The notes beneath the pieces were generated by a model. The model worked only from the letters and a program-made list of their open reading frames with translations. It made no database searches and had not been told where the DNA came from. Made by a program: the position numbers and the translations under genes. Below are positions 17,638-21,527 of a DNA stretch of 21,527 nucleotides, in pieces. Numbering within the stretch: the stretch's first letter is position 1; every line of letters begins with the position of its first letter. This stretch comes from Oligoflexales bacterium (lineage in GTDB: Bacteria; Bdellovibrionota_B; Oligoflexia; Oligoflexales; RGVZ01), in contig JBIIGV010000044.1 of the NCBI GenBank assembly GCA_044236265.1, forward strand, positions 1 through 21,527. The letters run 5' to 3'.

Positions 17638-19620
17638 TTATAGTGTTCGCCCCAATGCCATAAGAGTCTGGCGAACTGATTCGACTTTTTCAGAAAGATC
17701 GAGCCATTCTTCCTCATATTCAGCAAGTTGCTGCTCAAAACCCCTTTTCTCATCCGATAGGGCTGCTACTCGATTAAAGTCTGAATGACACTGCTCCATC
17801 TGAGAGTCACAATCTGCGATCAGTCGTTGTAGACGAGACATCTCTAAATCTAATTTTTCGACATTTTTCTGATTCTTCTGAGCCTCTTTCTTTAGCCGAT
17901 TAACTTCCTGCTCAGAAATCTTCGCTGACGTTTCTGGAGTTGGCGAAGTAGTTCTTGGATTTTTATCAGTTTGCTGAGCGGATGTTGCCTGCACACTAAG
18001 GACATTTGGAAATCCCGACTTGTCAGCCATCATTTCATAGTCAGCCAGCTTACCTTCAAACAGTCTCCCTCTGCCGTCAGGAAGCATGGCGTAGACGTGT
18101 GTGCAAACCGAGTCAATAAATTCACGATCATGACTAACAAATAGTGCCGTTCCTTCAAAATCCGTAATTGCCTGTGACAGCACCTCGCACGACGAAATAT
18201 CAAGATGGTTTGTTGGTTCATCCAGCACCAAAAAATTCGCCTCTTGCATCAGAAGTCGAGCCAAACCCACCCGCGCTTTTTCACCACCACTAAGCACCTT
18301 TACATTCTTATAAACGTCATCTCCTCGAAACAGAAGACTTCCAAGAAGGTTGCGTACCACGCCTTGAGTGGCTCTCGGAGACGCATCCAAGGTGTTCTCG
18401 AGAATACTTTTTTCAGGGTTCAAGGTGGAGAGTTGATCTTGAGCAAACCAAGCTAGTCGAACATTGTGCCCTATTTCAAAACTTCCATTGAGCGCCCCGA
18501 TATCTCCCACAACGGTCTTCAGTAATGTTGATTTGCCAATCCCATTAGCACCGATAACCGCAACTTTATGACCGCGCTCCACTAAAAGATTGATGCCACG
18601 ACTGAGGGGCTGAGAATAGCCAATTGCACCATCTTTGATGGAAAGCACAGAACGGCCGGATGGCTGACCCAAGGGAATCTCGACGTGCATTGCATCCACA
18701 TCCTCTTCACCAACAACGTCAGACTCCAAATCTCTTATTCGCGCAATCATTTTCATTTTTGATTGGGCCTGCGCTGCTTTGGTTGCCTTAGCGCCAAAGC
18801 GAGTCACAAATGACTCTAGATGCTCACGTCTTTTACGCAAGGTGTCTGCTTGCGCAGCGACCAGCTCCTGCTGCATTTCACGCTGCTCTAGAAATGAATC
18901 AAAATTCCCGGAGTATCTCGTCAACACTCCATTCTGCAAATGGAGCGTACTGGTTGGTAAGCGTCTTAGCAGACTTCGATCATGGGATACAAAAAGCAAA
19001 GTACCCTTGAAGCTCTGGAGCCATTTTTCAACCCAAACCAAACTCGGCAAGTCCAAATGGTTCGTTGGTTCATCCAGCACCAGAAAGTTTGGCTTATTGA
19101 GAAATATTTTAGCCAGTTCAAGGCGCATGCGCCAACCACCCGAGAGTTCGCTAGGGTCCTTCGCAATCATTCCACCGTGAAAACCAAGACCGGAGAGAAT
19201 CGACATCGCCTCTGACTCCAGAGAGTAACCGCCTTCACTTTTATACTCCTCATCGAGCATTTCCCAAGCCCGGTGACTTGCTTCGGAATAGTTCGCAGTC
19301 ATCTCCTGCAGTGCAGCACGATGGCGACGTACAAGTGATTGGATGTAACCATCACCCCCAATAACGGCTTCTTCAATGACTGACGTCATGGGTGTTGGAT
19401 TGGGCTCTTGGGGCAGATAGCCTAGCCTCAACCGGTTAGGCTTCAAAATTTGACCAGAATCAGCTTCCGCGACACCGGTTAAAATATCCAGGAGAGTGGT
19501 TTTCCCAGCCCCGTTCGCCCCGACGAGCGCAAGACGCTCACCTTCGGGGAAGTGAAATGTCACGCCGTTCAAAATCGTTTTCGAACCAAATGACTTTTTT
19601 AGGCTTTCAACCCGGATCAA
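17638..19620 (-). CDS. ABC-F family ribosome-associated ATPase (YheS/YdiF/Uup-like)
   Basis: Two ABC cassettes (GANGAGKT / LSGGWRMR / LDEPTNHLD / VSHDR; GANGIGKST / LSGGEKAR / LDEPTNHLD / VSHDR), inter-ABC linker (FVTRFGAKATKAAQAQS), C-terminal coiled coil (EEEWLDL), no TM. TTG at 19620 fits the AGGGAG RBS spacing better than 19626. Confidence 0.95.
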   Translation of the reverse strand: MIRVESLKKSFGSKTILNGVTFHFPEGERLALVGANGAGKTTLLDILTGVAEADSGQILKPNRLRLGYLPQEPNPTPMTSVIEEAVIGGDGYIQSLVRRHRAALQEMTANYSEASHRAWEMLDEEYKSEGGYSLESEAMSILSGLGFHGGMIAKDPSELSGGWRMRLELAKIFLNKPNFLVLDEPTNHLDLPSLVWVEKWLQSFKGTLLFVSHDRSLLRRLPTSTLHLQNGVLTRYSGNFDSFLEQREMQQELVAAQADTLRKRREHLESFVTRFGAKATKAAQAQSKMKMIARIRDLESDVVGEEDVDAMHVEIPLGQPSGRSVLSIKDGAIGYSQPLSRGINLLVERGHKVAVIGANGIGKSTLLKTVVGDIGALNGSFEIGHNVRLAWFAQDQLSTLNPEKSILENTLDASPRATQGVVRNLLGSLLFRGDDVYKNVKVLSGGEKARVGLARLLMQEANFLVLDEPTNHLDISSCEVLSQAITDFEGTALFVSHDREFIDSVCTHVYAMLPDGRGRLFEGKLADYEMMADKSGFPNVLSVQATSAQQTDKNPRTTSPTPETSAKISEQEVNRLKKEAQKNQKNVEKLDLEMSRLQRLIADCDSQMEQCHSDFNRVAALSDEKRGFEQQLAEYEEEWLDLSEKVESVRQTLMALGRTL

Positions 19621-19736
19621 CGGCAAACTCCCTGGATACTTAAAACAATAAGTGACACTACAATAAATTCAAGGCTGCAGATCCTAGCACTATTTTATTT
19701 GCATCATAAACAATATGTTATAGAGTCCGGGTACTT

Positions 19737-21527
19737 ATGGGTGCAACTGCTGAAACTATCAAATCATTCGCGGAGTTAGTGCTGTTTTCCTCATCGCTGG
19801 AAGACAAGCTGAAAGCTCCATCAATCTCCGTGCAGCTGGACACGTCCACCGTCAGCCCGCTAACCACAATCCCCGATGCACCTGGTCGTCCGAGTGAATT
19901 GAGTTTGATGAGCCGGGGCGCCAGTGCCAAATCCCGCTTCCCATCGAAGACAAGCCTTCAAGAGGACCGCTCTCGAGGTATGGTTCTGCATTTTTTTGCC
20001 AATCACGAGCTTTTGGCGCTTGAAATTATGGCGCTAGCACTTTTGAAGTGGCCCGATGCACCGCTAGGATTTCGCAAAGGCATCGTGCAAACGATGGCCG
20101 AGGAGCAAAGTCATCTGCGTTTATACCTGCAGCGCATGACCGAACTTGGAGTTAAATTTGGCGAGGCGCCGGTCAATGCGTTTTTTTGGAATTCACTTAA
20201 ATCCATGTCTTCGCCTCTAGAGTATGCCGCGGCGATGTCCATGACCTTTGAACAAGCTAATCTTGATTTCTCTCTACACTATGAGTCCACATTTTCGGAG
20301 CTCGGAGACACAACGACCGCTGAAATTATGAAACGTGTGCGACTTGAGGAAATTGGCCACGTCAAACACGGTGTCGTCTGGTTTGAGCGCTGGCGTCCAA
20401 AGACTGAGCGCCTGTTTAAAGAATGGTATGACACGCTCACGTTTCCCATAACACCAGCGAGAGCCAAAGGTATACAACTGGATCGAGAGGGTCGCCGGGC
20501 TGCAGGGTTAACGGAGGACTTTATTGATGAACTGGCTGTTCACAATCAGTCAAAAGGTCGACCTCCAAAGGTTTTAATGTTCAACCCGGGCTGCGAGAGC
20601 GAGGTTGAAGCAGGCTCGTCAGCTTGGACAGCACCACAAAGCATTCGTCAGCTAGCGTGCGACTACGAATCACTGATGTCCTTTATCGCGCACAAACACG
20701 ATATTGTGATGACAACTGAACTTCCTTCGGTGCAATTTCTTAGTACGCTCAACGCAATTGGCTTTGATGTCCCGGAATTTGTCGCCCATGCCGATATTTC
20801 ACGACTGAAAAACCGTAAAATCGACAAATTCGTTCCTTGGGGATGGTCCCCCGCTGCTAAAAAATACTTTGCCCCGTTGGAGTCTAGTCTTTTATCGCCT
20901 CTAAAGACGCCAAACTTAGGAGACGCCACGTCTGAACTGTGCCTATTTAGCAAGTTCACGGCAGCCAGCATCAGAGAACAGCTCAAGCTCGACTCGTTAC
21001 CAAGAGCTTACGTTTCGGAGTTGGAAACCATTGATGCAACGATTGAAAATCTTCGAAAGAATCAGGGACACAAAGCCATTGTCTTCAAAACTCCATTTAG
21101 CACATCAGGTCGTGGCATGTGCCGCGTCCTTAGTGATTCACCCAAAGACAAAGAGCTCGCATGGCTGAAATCAGCAATCAAACAACACGGAAAAGTTTTA
21201 GCAGAGCCTTGGCTCGACAAGGTTGCCGATCTCAGTGCTCACATTGATATCCTAGAGAATGGAGACGTCCATTTTGTTGGACTAACCCGATTTTGGACAA
21301 CCTCGGGTGGCCAATACCGAGGTCACATTCTAGGCCGAGTAATGGATGACTTTGATACCGTTGCACTCCAGCAATGGCACGACGAACAACAAGGATGGCA
21401 AAAAACCTTACGCGAGACCGCCCTTGAGATCGGTCAGATTGCGGCAAAATCCGGATATTTTGGCCCGCTCGGCATAGATGCATTCATTTACCGCGATAAA
21501 GATCGCCTCACTCTTAGACCTATGATC
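19737..21527 (+). CDS. DUF455 ferritin-like domain fused to pre-ATP-grasp/ATP-grasp domains (3' end runs off the right edge)
   Basis: Not in the ORF track. Manual translation from ATG 19737 is open for 597 codons: PGRP, LHFFANHELLALE, EEQSH, FEQANLD, EEIGHVKHGVVWF, RRAAGL (DUF455); then MFNPGCE, PWGWSP, VFKTPFSTSGRG, EPWLDKVADLS, GQYRGH, GYFGPLGIDAFIY (ATP-grasp). Confidence 0.88.
   Translation, partial: MGATAETIKSFAELVLFSSSLEDKLKAPSISVQLDTSTVSPLTTIPDAPGRPSELSLMSRGASAKSRFPSKTSLQEDRSRGMVLHFFANHELLALEIMALALLKWPDAPLGFRKGIVQTMAEEQSHLRLYLQRMTELGVKFGEAPVNAFFWNSLKSMSSPLEYAAAMSMTFEQANLDFSLHYESTFSELGDTTTAEIMKRVRLEEIGHVKHGVVWFERWRPKTERLFKEWYDTLTFPITPARAKGIQLDREGRRAAGLTEDFIDELAVHNQSKGRPPKVLMFNPGCESEVEAGSSAWTAPQSIRQLACDYESLMSFIAHKHDIVMTTELPSVQFLSTLNAIGFDVPEFVAHADISRLKNRKIDKFVPWGWSPAAKKYFAPLESSLLSPLKTPNLGDATSELCLFSKFTAASIREQLKLDSLPRAYVSELETIDATIENLRKNQGHKAIVFKTPFSTSGRGMCRVLSDSPKDKELAWLKSAIKQHGKVLAEPWLDKVADLSAHIDILENGDVHFVGLTRFWTTSGGQYRGHILGRVMDDFDTVALQQWHDEQQGWQKTLRETALEIGQIAAKSGYFGPLGIDAFIYRDKDRLTLRPMI

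Noticed and set aside
19718..21483. Short minus-strand ORFs (19718..19930, 20274..20477, 20279..20467, 20663..20986, 21232..21483)
   Set aside because: All antisense to the long DUF455-ATP-grasp frame.
1..21527. CRISPR arrays, IS/prophage/integrase genes, tRNA or rRNA, defence systems
   Set aside because: No spaced direct repeats, transposase/integrase motifs or RNA-gene signatures seen; nearly all sequence is explained by the coding genes listed.

Overview
Bacterial chromosomal window with no mobile elements, RNA genes or CRISPR arrays visible; gene content suggests a motile deltaproteobacteria-like/Oligoflexia-type organism (inference). Left to right: two tandem minus-strand cheA genes (one cut by the left edge and absent from the ORF track; the other an unusual REC-Hpt-dimer-HATPase-CheW-CheW kinase ending in a GWGLF pentapeptide-like tail), an orphan TonB-family gene, a livK-H-M-G-F branched-chain amino acid ABC operon followed by slyD, an elongated FapA/DUF342 gene, rlmN divergent from an ATP-type 6-phosphofructokinase, a soluble chemoreceptor with three Aer2-like PAS-heme repeats and no HAMP, an ABC-F ATPase, and a DUF455 ferritin-like diiron domain fused to an ATP-grasp ligase (cut by the right edge, also absent from the ORF track). 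Best candidates for undescribed biology: (1) a two-CheA, possibly O2-sensing chemosensory pathway with an N-terminal receiver and a tether-like tail on the kinase; (2) the diiron/ATP-grasp fusion enzyme.
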